Shown here in pieces: positions 17,826 through 27,814 of a stretch of 64,000 nt of DNA. Source of the DNA: Leptospira biflexa (lineage in GTDB: Bacteria; Spirochaetota; Leptospiria; Turneriellales; DYLW01); NCBI GenBank assembly GCA_020721865.1, contig DYLW01000005.1, forward strand, positions 23,091 to 87,090, in the 5' to 3' direction. Each line of letters starts with the position of its first letter. Position 1 is the stretch's first letter. Below the pieces are notes generated by a model, which saw nothing but the letters and a program-made list of their open reading frames with translations, did no database searches and was not told where the DNA came from. Both the position numbers and the translations under genes were made by a program.

Positions 17826-18441
17826 ACAAAAATGCCAGATCTTCCGGTGAGTTAATATTGGTAAATTGCATTTGCTTTTCCGGTTCCACGGGAATTGCTC
17901 CAATGGAATGGGATTTTTCCATTAATTTTCTGAAATAATGAAAGCCTTTATTCTTTAAATCCTCCGGGGCGATGGACTGGAAAATCCTTCCTTCAATTAG
18001 TGACGGGAAGTAATGTGTTCGCTCCGTAGTCTCAAAAAATACCCAGTTGGCATGGGACTCTTCCGCCTGATGGATTAATTCTTTCAGGGTGACTGTCTCC
18101 ATTGCCGGCATGTCCACGGAAAGGAGAACAAATGTACCGGAATACAGGTTATGGGATGTTATAAAATCGGCAATGGAAAAAAGCGGACCACAGAAAGGAC
18201 ATTTATCCGGATGGGTGTGGGTATCTCCAGGAAAGACTCCGGGTGGAATTTCCATCTTTCCATTTTTTCCGGATATTAAATCTCTCCCCAGAATGTGAAT
18301 TTCCGGGCAGATTGTGGTGGCCAGTCTAAGGGATATTTCCAAAAATTGTTTTCCCCGGTATTCCAGAGTTGCTTTATCTGTACCCATGCGGGAGCTTTTT
18401 CCTCCGGCCAGAATGAGGGCCACCGGACCCGTTTTTTTCAT
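17791..18441 (-). CDS. mobA: MobA-like NTP transferase (molybdenum cofactor guanylyltransferase family)
   Basis: N-terminus LILAGGKSSRMGTDKATLEYRGK. 216 aa. The 3' end overlaps the lptF/G 3' end by 35 nt. Confidence 0.7.
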   Translation of the reverse strand: MKKTGPVALILAGGKSSRMGTDKATLEYRGKQFLEISLRLATTICPEIHILGRDLISGKNGKMEIPPGVFPGDTHTHPDKCPFCGPLFSIADFITSHNLYSGTFVLLSVDMPAMETVTLKELIHQAEESHANWVFFETTERTHYFPSLIEGRIFQSIAPEDLKNKGFHYFRKLMEKSHSIGAIPVEPEKQMQFTNINSPEDLAFLSTGGISPSYKQ

Positions 18442-18517
18442 TCTCCCCCATGCAGAAATTTATTGACGTGTCAAGAGATAAAGGCCGAATGGGTGCATGT
18501 TAATGTGGACACCTGGT

Positions 18518-18715
18518 ATGGGGGAGATGGTTCTCATCTTCCTGATTGTCTTGCTTTTATTCGGCGGAAAAAAACTGCCATCCCTTGCCAGAAGCATAGG
18601 ATCCGGAATCAATGAATTTAAAAAAGGTCTGAATGGCCAGCCATCAGAAGAGGAGATTGTAAGAAAAGAGCCGGAAAAAATTGAGACTCCTCCGGCACCA
18701 AAACGGAAAAAATAA
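18518..18715 (+). CDS. tatA: Twin-arginine translocase subunit TatA/E
   Basis: MGEMVLIFLIVLLLFGGKKLPSLARSIGSGINEFKKG is the canonical TatA TM helix plus amphipathic helix. Confidence 0.9.
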   Translation: MGEMVLIFLIVLLLFGGKKLPSLARSIGSGINEFKKGLNGQPSEEEIVRKEPEKIETPPAPKRKK

Positions 18716-18729
18716 ATCTTTAAATCGAT

Positions 18730-19761
18730 ATGGCTGGGAAAAAAAAACCGCCGGAAGAGATTCGCGAGAATCGTCCTGCCCGGCAGAAGCGGGAGCTGGC
18801 GGAAACCAGAAAAAGGCTGACGCAAGTCGCCCCGGCCAAAGCATCGGCAGTTCTGAAAAAAAGCCACGAACTGCAAAAACAATCGGCGGAAGAAAGCCCT
18901 GAAAAATCTCCGGAGGAACTGGAGCGGGAACAAAAAAGACTGGAGATCCGCCGGCAGATAGAAAAAAGAAAATCCGGATATATGCCCATAGAAGACCATC
19001 TGGAAGAGCTTCGGTGGAGGATTATTCGTATAATTCTTTGGGTCACTGTTTTTTCCATAGTCAGTTTCTTCTTTTACAAAGAAATTTGGGAATTTGTGAT
19101 GGGTCCCATCCTCCCTCTGATTAATAACGCGGAAAAAAACTACAATATGGTGGTGAAAATAGTCACCAACAAACTGACGGATTTTTTTGTGATCCAGATT
19201 AAAACAGTAGTTATTGTGGGAGCCATTGCCTCTGTACCCTTTATTCTTTTTGAATTATGGGGATTTGTTCTTCCTGCCTTGCGGAAAACCTCGCGTTTTT
19301 TGGGTAATGCACTTCTGATCAGTTCCGTGTTATTATTCTGGGGGGGAGGGTTATTCGCACGATATACCATCTGGCCGTTGGTTACGGAATTGTTGATTTA
19401 TGACTGGATGCCTCCGGGTATGTTGCTCCAAACCGGGGAAACATCCCGTATGATCCAGCCAGAATTACTGCTCACCATCGATGATTATCTGAACTTTTTC
19501 TTCAGCTTTCATCTCGCTTTTGGGGCTGCTTTCCAGTTACCGGTGGTCTCCGTTCTGCTGGCTATGATTGGAATTCTGAAATCCGCGTTTTTTACTGCTT
19601 CCTGGCGTTTTGCTGTATTAATCATTGCCATAGCATCTGCCATATTGACCCCTCCGGATGTATTCAGTATGATTGCCATGATGATTCCCATGCTGATTCT
19701 TTACATAATTTCCGGTTTTCTGGTGTTCCTTATTGAAAAATCCAGAAAAGATGAGGAATAG
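18730..19761 (+). CDS. tatC: Twin-arginine translocase subunit TatC, possibly with an 84-aa charged N-terminal extension
   Basis: The core starts MPIEDHLEELRWRIIRI... at 18982. The upstream in-frame K/E-rich 84 codons run from the ATG at 18730, which is 14 nt after the tatA stop. Confidence 0.85.
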   Translation: MAGKKKPPEEIRENRPARQKRELAETRKRLTQVAPAKASAVLKKSHELQKQSAEESPEKSPEELEREQKRLEIRRQIEKRKSGYMPIEDHLEELRWRIIRIILWVTVFSIVSFFFYKEIWEFVMGPILPLINNAEKNYNMVVKIVTNKLTDFFVIQIKTVVIVGAIASVPFILFELWGFVLPALRKTSRFLGNALLISSVLLFWGGGLFARYTIWPLVTELLIYDWMPPGMLLQTGETSRMIQPELLLTIDDYLNFFFSFHLAFGAAFQLPVVSVLLAMIGILKSAFFTASWRFAVLIIAIASAILTPPDVFSMIAMMIPMLILYIISGFLVFLIEKSRKDEE

Positions 19762-19910
19762 ATTGAGATACGGTCATCCTAATACGTATCGCAGAGATGC
19801 CAAAATTGGGTGCCTCAATGGATCCGGTGGGCAGTAATATCCGCCCAATTGCATAAATTTTCCAAAATTCTCCTTTACGCCAACGTGGCCATAATAAATA
19901 GCAAACCACC

Positions 19911-21626
19911 ATGGATCAGAAAAATCAGATAAGTCAGAAATATAAAGATATGTACCTCTCCGGACCGTTGACTCCGGAAGAGAGAAGTGCCATAGAAAAA
20001 ATGCCGGCATCGGATGCTTTTGACGGATTCCCTTCTTTCGGAACCGGAGGAATGCGGGCAGTGGTGGATACGGGCACCAACCGGCTGAATATTTACAATA
20101 TTGCCCGGCTGAACATGGCCCTGGCCAAGGTGCTCAAAGAGTCATTTAAAAATCCGGAGATTGTGGTGGCCTATGATTCCCGGCTTTCCCATGTCCCCTT
20201 TTCCAGGGTATCCTATCATATTCTGAAGAGTTATGGCTTTAGCGTGAAAATATTCCGCCGCCCCACGCCCACTCCGCTTCTCTCTTTTGCTGTTCTGGAA
20301 ACCGGGGCGTCTGCCGGAATTGTGATCACGGCCTCCCATAATCCACCGGAATACAACGGATATAAGGTGTACTGGGATAACGGTGCCCAGATTGTGCCGC
20401 CTTTTGATGGGAAAATAGAAAAAGAATTCCTGAACATCCGTTTTGCGGACATACCCGCCTCCATTCATGAATTTGTGAATCTTCCCCCATCGGACGGGGA
20501 TTTACTGGAAGAAGAAATTATTCAGAAATATCTGGAAAAAATCAAAAAAGAAAGTTTTGTTACGTTCTCTCCCAAAAAAATAAGCATTTTATATTCTCCT
20601 CTGCATGGGACCGGCGGATGGGCATTTGAGAGAGTATTTAAAGAACTTCACTTTGAAAATTTTTCCATTCTTCCGGAACAGAAAGAGCCGGATGGAAATT
20701 TCCCCACAGTAAAAAGTCCCAATCCGGAAGACTCCATTGCATTTGAACTTCTGGAGAAGACGGGAACCAAAAACAAGATAAAACTGCTTCTTGCGTCCGA
20801 TCCGGATGCAGACAGGGTGGGGGCTGCCCTCTGGGATTCCTCCGCAAATGGGTATTTTTTCCTGTCCGGAAACCAGATTGGAGCTCTGCTTTTAGAAAGT
20901 GCCGCCCGTGCCAAAGCAAAAGAACTGGCCAATCCATTTCTATGCAAAACTATTGTCACCACGGAGTTGCAGAGACATATTGCTGCTTCCCATGGAGTGC
21001 GGACGGAGGAGACTCTGACCGGTTTCAAATATATAGCGGAGGTGGTGGAAAAAGATCCGGAGAATTATCTCTTTGGCGGAGAGGAGTCCTTTGGTTATCT
21101 GCCCATTTCCTGGGTGCGGGATAAAGATTCCCTGTCCTCCTCCATCGCCCTTGCGGAGCTGGCAGACAAGACCGATCTTATGGAGTTATTGAAAGACATT
21201 TACTATCGCCATGGATTTTATCACGAAATCCTGAGAAGTGTCAAGCTGAGTGCGGACAAACCCGGTCTGATGGATAAAATCTCTGGGCGGATTGTGGATT
21301 ATAAAAACCTTCTGGGGGATTCCATTGGTGAGCGCAGGATTGTGGATGCAATCAGTCTGGTGAAATCCGCCCCGGAACCTTCCACTACGGAAGGAAAAAA
21401 ATTCCGGAATTCTCTGCCGGAATCCAAAGTCCTCCAGTATTGGTTGGAGCCGGAAGGCCGGCTGACTGTCCGTCCATCCGGTACAGAACCAAAAATCAAA
21501 ATTTATATTAGCCTCAAAAGCCGGGAAATTCCCGCCCCCCAAACCCTGGATGATATCCGGAAAAAAACAGAGAAAGAAGCGGAAGAGATAATAGAGATTT
21601 TTATACAAAAAATTCTGGAGGATTAA
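19911..21626 (+). CDS. Phosphoglucomutase/phosphomannomutase family (alpha-D-phosphohexomutase)
   Basis: 571 aa. It has the phosphoserine loop TASHNPPEYNGYKVY, the Mg loop SDPDADR, and GEESFG. Confidence 0.9.
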   Translation: MDQKNQISQKYKDMYLSGPLTPEERSAIEKMPASDAFDGFPSFGTGGMRAVVDTGTNRLNIYNIARLNMALAKVLKESFKNPEIVVAYDSRLSHVPFSRVSYHILKSYGFSVKIFRRPTPTPLLSFAVLETGASAGIVITASHNPPEYNGYKVYWDNGAQIVPPFDGKIEKEFLNIRFADIPASIHEFVNLPPSDGDLLEEEIIQKYLEKIKKESFVTFSPKKISILYSPLHGTGGWAFERVFKELHFENFSILPEQKEPDGNFPTVKSPNPEDSIAFELLEKTGTKNKIKLLLASDPDADRVGAALWDSSANGYFFLSGNQIGALLLESAARAKAKELANPFLCKTIVTTELQRHIAASHGVRTEETLTGFKYIAEVVEKDPENYLFGGEESFGYLPISWVRDKDSLSSSIALAELADKTDLMELLKDIYYRHGFYHEILRSVKLSADKPGLMDKISGRIVDYKNLLGDSIGERRIVDAISLVKSAPEPSTTEGKKFRNSLPESKVLQYWLEPEGRLTVRPSGTEPKIKIYISLKSREIPAPQTLDDIRKKTEKEAEEIIEIFIQKILED

Positions 21627-21627
21627 A

Positions 21628-22131
21628 ATGTTGAGAACGTTATCAACCCATGAGCTGAAAATACTTCGTCTTCTGGAAGAGAATTCCCATCTTTCTGTGG
21701 AAGAGATCGCGCGGGATACGGAAATTGAAGAGGAATTAATCCGTGATATCATCCGACAGCTTGAAGAAGAGGGAATCATCCTCAAATACCGTGCCATCAT
21801 CAACTGGGAAAAAATTGAAAGTCCGGAAGTGACTGCACTCATCCAGGTCAATGTGGTAGCACAGAAGGGTAAAGGCTATAACGAGGTGGCCAGGATCATT
21901 TCTGAAATGGAGGAAGTGCGTACCTGCATTCTGGTTTCCGGATCCTTTGATCTTCTGATTGAGGTGAGTGGCCCCTCCCTGAAAGATGTCTCTTTTTTTG
22001 TCGCGGAAAAACTGGCCACCATAGACGGGGTGGAGCATACCCGTACGAACTTTCTGCTCAAGCGGTATAAACAGGCGGGAGATACATTCTCTGCTTCAGC
22101 GATCACGCATCGTTTGCCGATGATCATTTAA
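21628..22131 (+). CDS. Lrp/AsnC-family transcriptional regulator
   Basis: 167 aa. HTH region (LKILRLLEENSHLSVEEIARDT) followed by a RAM/ACT-like C-terminal domain. Confidence 0.8.
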   Translation: MLRTLSTHELKILRLLEENSHLSVEEIARDTEIEEELIRDIIRQLEEEGIILKYRAIINWEKIESPEVTALIQVNVVAQKGKGYNEVARIISEMEEVRTCILVSGSFDLLIEVSGPSLKDVSFFVAEKLATIDGVEHTRTNFLLKRYKQAGDTFSASAITHRLPMII

Positions 22132-22505
22132 TGGATGACCAGGAAAGAGCACAACTGATCCGGCAGGGAAACCGGGAATTTAACGCCGGCAATGTTCGGG
22201 TGGCTGCCCGTATTTTTGAATCCGTCGGGTACAAAGACGGTCTGATCCGGGTGGGGGACCACTTCTATGAAAAACAACAGCCACTCATTGCCTATGGATT
22301 TTACCGTAAAGGCGGAGAGACCAAAAAAATCCAAAGTCTCCAGTACAGCTTTGCTCTGGCACTGAAAATGTGGCTGATGGAGGATGAGACTCCCGCCGAT
22401 GAAAAAACCACCGGGGCGGAAGCGAAATCACCGGAGAAAAGCCCACCCCCCAAATCCGGCGTGGTGGCTCCGCAACTGGGCAGAGACAAATACCGTAAAG
22501 ATTAA
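22131..22505 (+). CDS. Hypothetical protein
   Basis: 124 aa. Its start overlaps the Lrp stop (TAATG). The C-terminus is a low-complexity P/K/E tail, and I recognise no domain. Confidence 0.45.
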   Translation: MDDQERAQLIRQGNREFNAGNVRVAARIFESVGYKDGLIRVGDHFYEKQQPLIAYGFYRKGGETKKIQSLQYSFALALKMWLMEDETPADEKTTGAEAKSPEKSPPPKSGVVAPQLGRDKYRKD

Positions 22506-23824
22506 TTGCGGGTGATATCTTTCACTTTTTCCCGGACAGCGTCCGCATCATTCGGCAGGTCGATGGGCGGATTGGGATATGCGGAGAGAACTTCTTTCAG
22601 ATTTTTTTCGTGATACTGGACTTTAAAGTCAATAAATTTCAACCCATTAGCAGTGGAAATGACCACCACGGATTCTTTTCCACCGATAGTTCCCGAAGAG
22701 CGGAGTTTCTGCAATGCCGCAAGTGCCACTCCCGTATGGGGATCTGCCAGAAGTCCAGTGGTGTCTGCCAGAGCCGCCGCATTGGACAGCTCCTCCTCTG
22801 TGACAGATTCCACCACCCCTTGGAAATTCTTCAGGGCTCGTTTGGCTTTTTCATAGGAAACGGGGTTCCCAATCTGGATGGCAGAGGCCAGGGTCTTCTG
22901 TGCTGCCACCGGCTCAAACGTCTCAAATCCGGATTGGTAGGAGCGGTATAGAGGATCTGCCTTGCGGGTCTGTGCCACGGCAATGCGGGGTCTTTTATCA
23001 ATGAGTCCCATCTCCAGCATCATTTCAATGCCTCCAGCCAGGGCAGATACATTGCCCAGATTGCCGCCAGGGATGATAAACCAGTCCGGGACTTTCCACC
23101 GGAGCTGCTGGATGACTTCCATCCCCACCGTTTTCTGGCCTTCCACCCGCAGACTGTTCATGGAATTGGCCAGATATATTTCCTTATCTTTGGTCAGTTC
23201 CTGGACAATCCGCATACATCCGTCAAAGTCCGTGTCCAGAGCCAGAACATGGGCTCCATTGGCCACCGGCTGGATGAGCTGGGCAATGCTCACCTTATCC
23301 TTGGGCAGGAGGATGATAGCGGGAATTCCGGCATGGGCAGCATAAGCGGCCAGAGCGGCGGAGGTATCCCCGGTGGAGGCAGCAGCGACCGCCTTCACGG
23401 AAGAGCCATTTTTGATCATGGAATTTAATTGGCTCACCAGCACCGTCATGCCCAGATCCTTGAACGATCCGGTGTGGCTATTGCCACAGTTTTTTACGTG
23501 CAGTTCTCCGGTATCAAAGGCTTTATTCAGGCGGGCGGAGGAGAAAAGCGAAGTATAACCTTCTTCCAGAGAAATAATATCGGAAACAGGAAGTTCCGGC
23601 AGAACCCACTCCCGTTTGGACCAGATGCCGGAATTGTCTGGAAAATCTATCCCCCGGTAGCGGGCATCAAATGTATCCCGCCACTGGGCACCAGATTTTT
23701 CCTTCAGTGCATCCGTGTCATGGACCACCGCCAGAAGAGAATTACAGTGGGGACACCGGTAGATGACTTCATCCAGCCGGTATTCCCCTTCGCAACCATT
23801 TATGCAGGCAAAATGTGTTCTCAT
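22502..23824 (-). CDS. thrC: Threonine synthase
   Basis: 440 aa. N-terminal Cys-rich ribbon (CINGCEGEY...CPHCNS), PLP lysine GSFKDLGMT, and [14 protein letters not shown]. Confidence 0.9.
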   Translation of the reverse strand: MRTHFACINGCEGEYRLDEVIYRCPHCNSLLAVVHDTDALKEKSGAQWRDTFDARYRGIDFPDNSGIWSKREWVLPELPVSDIISLEEGYTSLFSSARLNKAFDTGELHVKNCGNSHTGSFKDLGMTVLVSQLNSMIKNGSSVKAVAAASTGDTSAALAAYAAHAGIPAIILLPKDKVSIAQLIQPVANGAHVLALDTDFDGCMRIVQELTKDKEIYLANSMNSLRVEGQKTVGMEVIQQLRWKVPDWFIIPGGNLGNVSALAGGIEMMLEMGLIDKRPRIAVAQTRKADPLYRSYQSGFETFEPVAAQKTLASAIQIGNPVSYEKAKRALKNFQGVVESVTEEELSNAAALADTTGLLADPHTGVALAALQKLRSSGTIGGKESVVVISTANGLKFIDFKVQYHEKNLKEVLSAYPNPPIDLPNDADAVREKVKDITRN

Positions 23825-23837
23825 GCCTTCCTTTCAA

Positions 23838-24842
23838 TTAAATCAAAAGTTCGGCAATCTGTACAGCATTCAGGGCAGCCCCTTTGAGGAGCTGGTCTCC
23901 TGCGACAAAAATATCCATGCCCTTATTGGGTTGGCTTATGTCATTGCGGATCCGTCCGACTAAGGTGTCAAACTGCTCGGTGGCTTCCAGTGGCATGGGG
24001 AAATAATTCTTCTCCCGGTCATCCACCAGACGCACATTGGGGAATGCCTCAAATATCTTGCGGGCTTCGTCCACGGTGGGCATTCTGTCTTTGAATTCAA
24101 TATTGATGGATTCACTATGAGCACGCAGGACAGGCACGCGAACGCAGGTGGCGGTTATCTGGATATTCTCATCGTGCAGGATCTTGCGGGTCTCATTGAC
24201 CATTTTGATTTCTTCCTGGTTATACCCATTGTCCTGCATTTTTGAATTATGGGAAAACAGATTGAATCCATAAGGGTAGGGCATGGCTTTGGGGGTGAAG
24301 GGTTTTCCATCCAGAAACGCACGCGTGCCGTCTTTGAGCTCTTCCATGGCTGCCCATCCCGCACCGCTGGCTGCCTGGTATGTGGAAACCACAATCCGCT
24401 TCACGGGATATTTCTGATGCAGAGGATAAACTCCCATCAGCATGATAATGGTGGAACAATTGGGATTGGCAATGACCCCATTATGCTTTTTTACATCTTC
24501 CGGATTGATTTCCGGTACCACAAGAGGCACATCAGAATCCATACGGAAAGCGGAAGAATTGTCCACCAGTACAGCCCCGGCGTCCACCACAAATTTCCTA
24601 TATTCTTTGCTCACGGAACTGCCGGCGGAAAAAAGGGCAATATCCACATTTTTGAAGGAATTGGGTGTCATTTCCTGTACAACCACTTCCTGCCCTTTAA
24701 ATTTTACCTTTTTCCCTGCACTGCGGGATGTGGCCAGCAGTCTGATTTCCTTAACCGGAAAGTTTCTTTTTTCCAGTACACTGATAAATTCTCTACCAAC
24801 GGCACCGGTCGCACCGGCGATTGCAACAATTTTTTCTGCCAT
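23838..24842 (-). CDS. asd: Aspartate-semialdehyde dehydrogenase
   Basis: VAIAGATGAVGREF Rossmann motif and active-site IANPNCSTI. The start is ATG 24842 or GTG 24866. Confidence 0.92.
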   Translation of the reverse strand: MAEKIVAIAGATGAVGREFISVLEKRNFPVKEIRLLATSRSAGKKVKFKGQEVVVQEMTPNSFKNVDIALFSAGSSVSKEYRKFVVDAGAVLVDNSSAFRMDSDVPLVVPEINPEDVKKHNGVIANPNCSTIIMLMGVYPLHQKYPVKRIVVSTYQAASGAGWAAMEELKDGTRAFLDGKPFTPKAMPYPYGFNLFSHNSKMQDNGYNQEEIKMVNETRKILHDENIQITATCVRVPVLRAHSESINIEFKDRMPTVDEARKIFEAFPNVRLVDDREKNYFPMPLEATEQFDTLVGRIRNDISQPNKGMDIFVAGDQLLKGAALNAVQIAELLI

Positions 24843-24986
24843 GGGGTATATTTTTTTTTGTCTCACATGACGTCCAGATAATTTCCGGTTAATTCTGCAT
24901 TCATTTTATCATTTAGTGACGGTATTGGATTTTCCGGATGAAAAATTTGTTTACTGAAAAGAAGAAAAAAGGAATACCGCCGTATT

Positions 24987-25931
24987 ATGGCAAAGAAAAC
25001 AGAAAAAGCGGTGGTAATAATTAATCCTGCATCCGGAGCAGGGCGGGCATTGGAACGATGGAATTCTATTGAGAAAATAGTAATAGAGAAAAAATTAAGT
25101 TTTGATCTTCGGTTTACCAAAGCTGCTGGCCATGCCACTGAGCTGAGCCGGGAAGCGGTGAAAAACAAAGCCCCCATGGTGATTGCTGTGGGCGGTGATG
25201 GAACCATCAGCGAAATCGCGGCTGGATTTCTGGATGAAAAAGGTAATGTGATCCAGAAAAAGAAAACCACAGCCCTTGGGGTAATCGCTGCGGGCAGTGG
25301 TTCGGATTTAATCCGGACTCTGGGGATTCCCCGTGATCCGGAAAAAGCCATTGATATTATCCAGCAGGGAAACCGGAAAATTCTGGACATGGGAAAGATC
25401 TCGTATCCGGGGGAAGACGGAAAAAAAGTGATCCGTCCGTTCATCAATATTTCCGAGGTGGGCATTGGTGCGGAGGTGATTGAGCATTTGGAAAAACAGG
25501 GCAAAAGCCGGGGAGCCTGGTTTGAATACCAGTTGGCCACTTTCAAGGGTATCATAACCTATAAAAACCATGATTTGGATATTGTCTTGGATAATGATAA
25601 AAAAATATCCGGGAAATTCCTGGGGGTAATGGTGGCCAATGGAAAATATTACGGAAGCGGGATGAAAATTGCCCCAAACGCGGAACCGGATGACGGGCTT
25701 TTTGATGTGGTTACGCTGGGGGATATTTCCAAACTCCGGTTGATTCTGAACTCCCAGAAAGTGCGGGACGGATCCCACGCCAGTATGGAGGGAGTTCAAA
25801 TGTACCGGGCAAAAAAAGTGAGCATATCATCGCAGCAGATGACAAATATGGAAATTGACGGGGAATTGATTGGTCATACTCCGGTGGAATTGGAGATTAT
25901 CCCCGGGGCCATTCCTGTTCTGGTTCCGTAG
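24987..25931 (+). CDS. Diacylglycerol-kinase-family lipid kinase (YegS/BmrU-like)
   Basis: 314 aa. INPASGAGRA, and VIAVGGDGTISEIAAG (the GGDGT motif). Confidence 0.85.
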   Translation: MAKKTEKAVVIINPASGAGRALERWNSIEKIVIEKKLSFDLRFTKAAGHATELSREAVKNKAPMVIAVGGDGTISEIAAGFLDEKGNVIQKKKTTALGVIAAGSGSDLIRTLGIPRDPEKAIDIIQQGNRKILDMGKISYPGEDGKKVIRPFINISEVGIGAEVIEHLEKQGKSRGAWFEYQLATFKGIITYKNHDLDIVLDNDKKISGKFLGVMVANGKYYGSGMKIAPNAEPDDGLFDVVTLGDISKLRLILNSQKVRDGSHASMEGVQMYRAKKVSISSQQMTNMEIDGELIGHTPVELEIIPGAIPVLVP

Positions 25932-25940
25932 CGTTATCTC

Positions 25941-27233
25941 TCAGAAACTCATCACAAAGGGGATGAATAAATGAAGCCAGCCGGCGGTGATCATCCCGGC
26001 CAGGATATTCATTAAAAATCCCCAGAAAAGCATCCGGGGGAGGGAAATATGCGGGATTCCCCCAAAGACAAGACCATTGACTCCTGTGGCGATGGGGGAC
26101 ATAAATGCCGATGTGGAGCCAAATGTGATGGCCAGCATGGAGATGAGTATGCTACCTCCCGGAGGCGGGGTGGCCGCAATGATGGCCAGTAGGGAAACCT
26201 GCACCACAGTGTTGCTGAGAACTTCGGTGGAAAAGGATGCCACCAGAACCAGTCCAGCCAGAAACCAGAAAGAATAGGAAAAATGGTTCAGACTTTTGAG
26301 AAATTCAAAAATCTTTTTATCCATACCGGAAAGAAAAAGAAAGAAGCCCACCACAAAAGCTATGCCCACATAGACCAGACCCTTCCAAGGTATTTCCCGG
26401 AACAGATCCAGAAACCCCAAATAAGGAATATTTTGACCCTTGATTTTAAATCCCCGGAAAAATAGCCAGTAATAAAACCAGAGGGAATATACCGCCGTGG
26501 CAATGACCGCAATAATATCTCCGGTAAAATAAAGCCAGGTGGATAATACAAAAGAACCGGCAAAATAATAGGCCATAAATACTAAACCGGTGTGGAAAAA
26601 TGCCTTCCCCAGATGGTTCACCTTGACGGAGTCCGGGTGGCGGAATTCGGTGGGGGTATTATTGGCTTTATGAAACCGGATGAAAAGTGCCAGTAGGAAA
26701 ATGGCCATCCCCAAGGAAAAAACAACCAGAGGGATTCCCCATGTGAGCCAGGGAAGGAACGATATCATTTCTTTTCCGGGAATTTTCCCAATTTCCACAA
26801 AACCGGCCAGAATACCGTTTGCCGGTGTGGATGTGATGGCCCCCACCCCGCCGATATTGGATCCCCAGATAACGGCAAGTGCAAAGAGAGTGGCCATGAA
26901 TGAAGAATTCATTCCGTTTACCGGAAACTGCGTTTTCAGAAGGCGGTTGATGACAGGAATGGTCGCCAGTGCTGCAATAACATTAGGGATGAAGAACGAT
27001 ACCAGAGCGGAAAATACCAGCACATACACGGCACTCTTCAGAAGAGAACCCCGGCTTTTTCCGATGATCATCTGCGCACCGTAATCTGCCATTTTCCATC
27101 GAATGGCCAGTCGGGAGAGCAGATACCCGTTCACGAAGAAAAATACCAGTTGGATTTTGTCCATACCCATAGTCAAAGATAAAACTAACCCGGTGGAGAA
27201 AAACAAATATTTCCCGGATGGGAATTCCGCCAT
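25941..27233 (-). CDS. Ion-transporter-superfamily permease (SLC13/DASS or ArsB/NhaD-like)
   Basis: 430 aa with more than 10 TM segments. Two hairpin-type motifs are present: GSNIGGVGAITSTPANG and GSTSAFMSPIATGVNG. Confidence 0.6.
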   Translation of the reverse strand: MAEFPSGKYLFFSTGLVLSLTMGMDKIQLVFFFVNGYLLSRLAIRWKMADYGAQMIIGKSRGSLLKSAVYVLVFSALVSFFIPNVIAALATIPVINRLLKTQFPVNGMNSSFMATLFALAVIWGSNIGGVGAITSTPANGILAGFVEIGKIPGKEMISFLPWLTWGIPLVVFSLGMAIFLLALFIRFHKANNTPTEFRHPDSVKVNHLGKAFFHTGLVFMAYYFAGSFVLSTWLYFTGDIIAVIATAVYSLWFYYWLFFRGFKIKGQNIPYLGFLDLFREIPWKGLVYVGIAFVVGFFLFLSGMDKKIFEFLKSLNHFSYSFWFLAGLVLVASFSTEVLSNTVVQVSLLAIIAATPPPGGSILISMLAITFGSTSAFMSPIATGVNGLVFGGIPHISLPRMLFWGFLMNILAGMITAGWLHLFIPFVMSF

Positions 27234-27313
27234 AAAGATTTTGGGTCATTATCGGTTTTTGGAAGCCACAAAAGATAATTTCTGATGCGGATTTTATACT
27301 TGAAAGTGCCTTT

Positions 27314-27814
27314 CTAACGAGATTTTGCAATCCCTGTCTGATTACATAAATTATCGATAATAATGCCGTTTCTTCTCAAAGCATCTGAAAATTCCAGCCA
27401 GTCACTGTCCACAGAATTAATGATGACCGCATCGCATTGACAGGCTCGGGATAAGGCAACAAACTTGCGGTCACTTCGATCAAAGTTTGCGAGATTTGAA
27501 TCCTGGGGAAAATCAACATATTCCCCCCCATCGCTTTGCTTAATATTTATGATTCTACATTTTTGAGTACCATACTCGTGATTGTACAGGAATTTAAAGA
27601 ACATATCGCCCACTCCGGGTTGACCAGAGTAATGGCAGTGCTTTTGGTATTCGTCCATTATTTCTCTATTCTCATCTAACAGTACAATTTCATCCTTCGT
27701 GGCGATTATTCTCTCCAGCCTGTTAATCGAATGCATTTCACATTCCAGGGAAGCCTGTTCAGAACGCCCATTGGCAACAACCAGAACATTCGTATCAATT
27801 ATATTATTTGTCAT
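27314..27814 (-). CDS. PIN-like nuclease-domain protein (putative effector of the two-gene cassette)
   Basis: 166 aa. All four PIN acidic positions fall in the expected contexts: IIDTNVLVV (D7), LLDENREI (E48), SDRKFVALSRA (D115) and NSVDSDWLEF (D136/D138). Its ATG lies inside the last codons of the upstream ATPase gene (11-nt overlap). Confidence 0.6.
   Translation of the reverse strand: MTNNIIDTNVLVVANGRSEQASLECEMHSINRLERIIATKDEIVLLDENREIMDEYQKHCHYSGQPGVGDMFFKFLYNHEYGTQKCRIINIKQSDGGEYVDFPQDSNLANFDRSDRKFVALSRACQCDAVIINSVDSDWLEFSDALRRNGIIIDNLCNQTGIAKSR

Noticed and set aside
18460-19058. Minus-strand ORFs of 179, 66 and 112 aa opposite tatA/tatC
   Set aside because: They are antisense to the K/E-rich tatC 5' region and give F/S/R-rich low-complexity products. 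tatA and tatC are unambiguous on the + strand.
19762-19910. Possible structured RNA in the 149-bp tatC-phosphohexomutase spacer (9-bp stem AATTGGGTG/CGCCCAATT enclosing a GGAT/ATCC stem)
   Set aside because: It is a short hairpin only. I see no resemblance to SRP RNA, 6S RNA, tmRNA or any riboswitch core that I know, and it lacks a T-tract. The evidence is insufficient for a feature call.
21186-21851. 221-aa minus-strand ORF spanning the phosphohexomutase/Lrp junction
   Set aside because: It crosses two well-supported + strand genes and has no motif, so it is a shadow ORF.
25941-27233. Permease as a third component of the ATPase/PIN cassette
   Set aside because: It is separated from the PIN gene by an 80-nt gap, has a host-like CCGG-rich composition by eye, and belongs to a typical housekeeping transporter family. 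I treat it as a neighbour, but co-transcription is not excluded.
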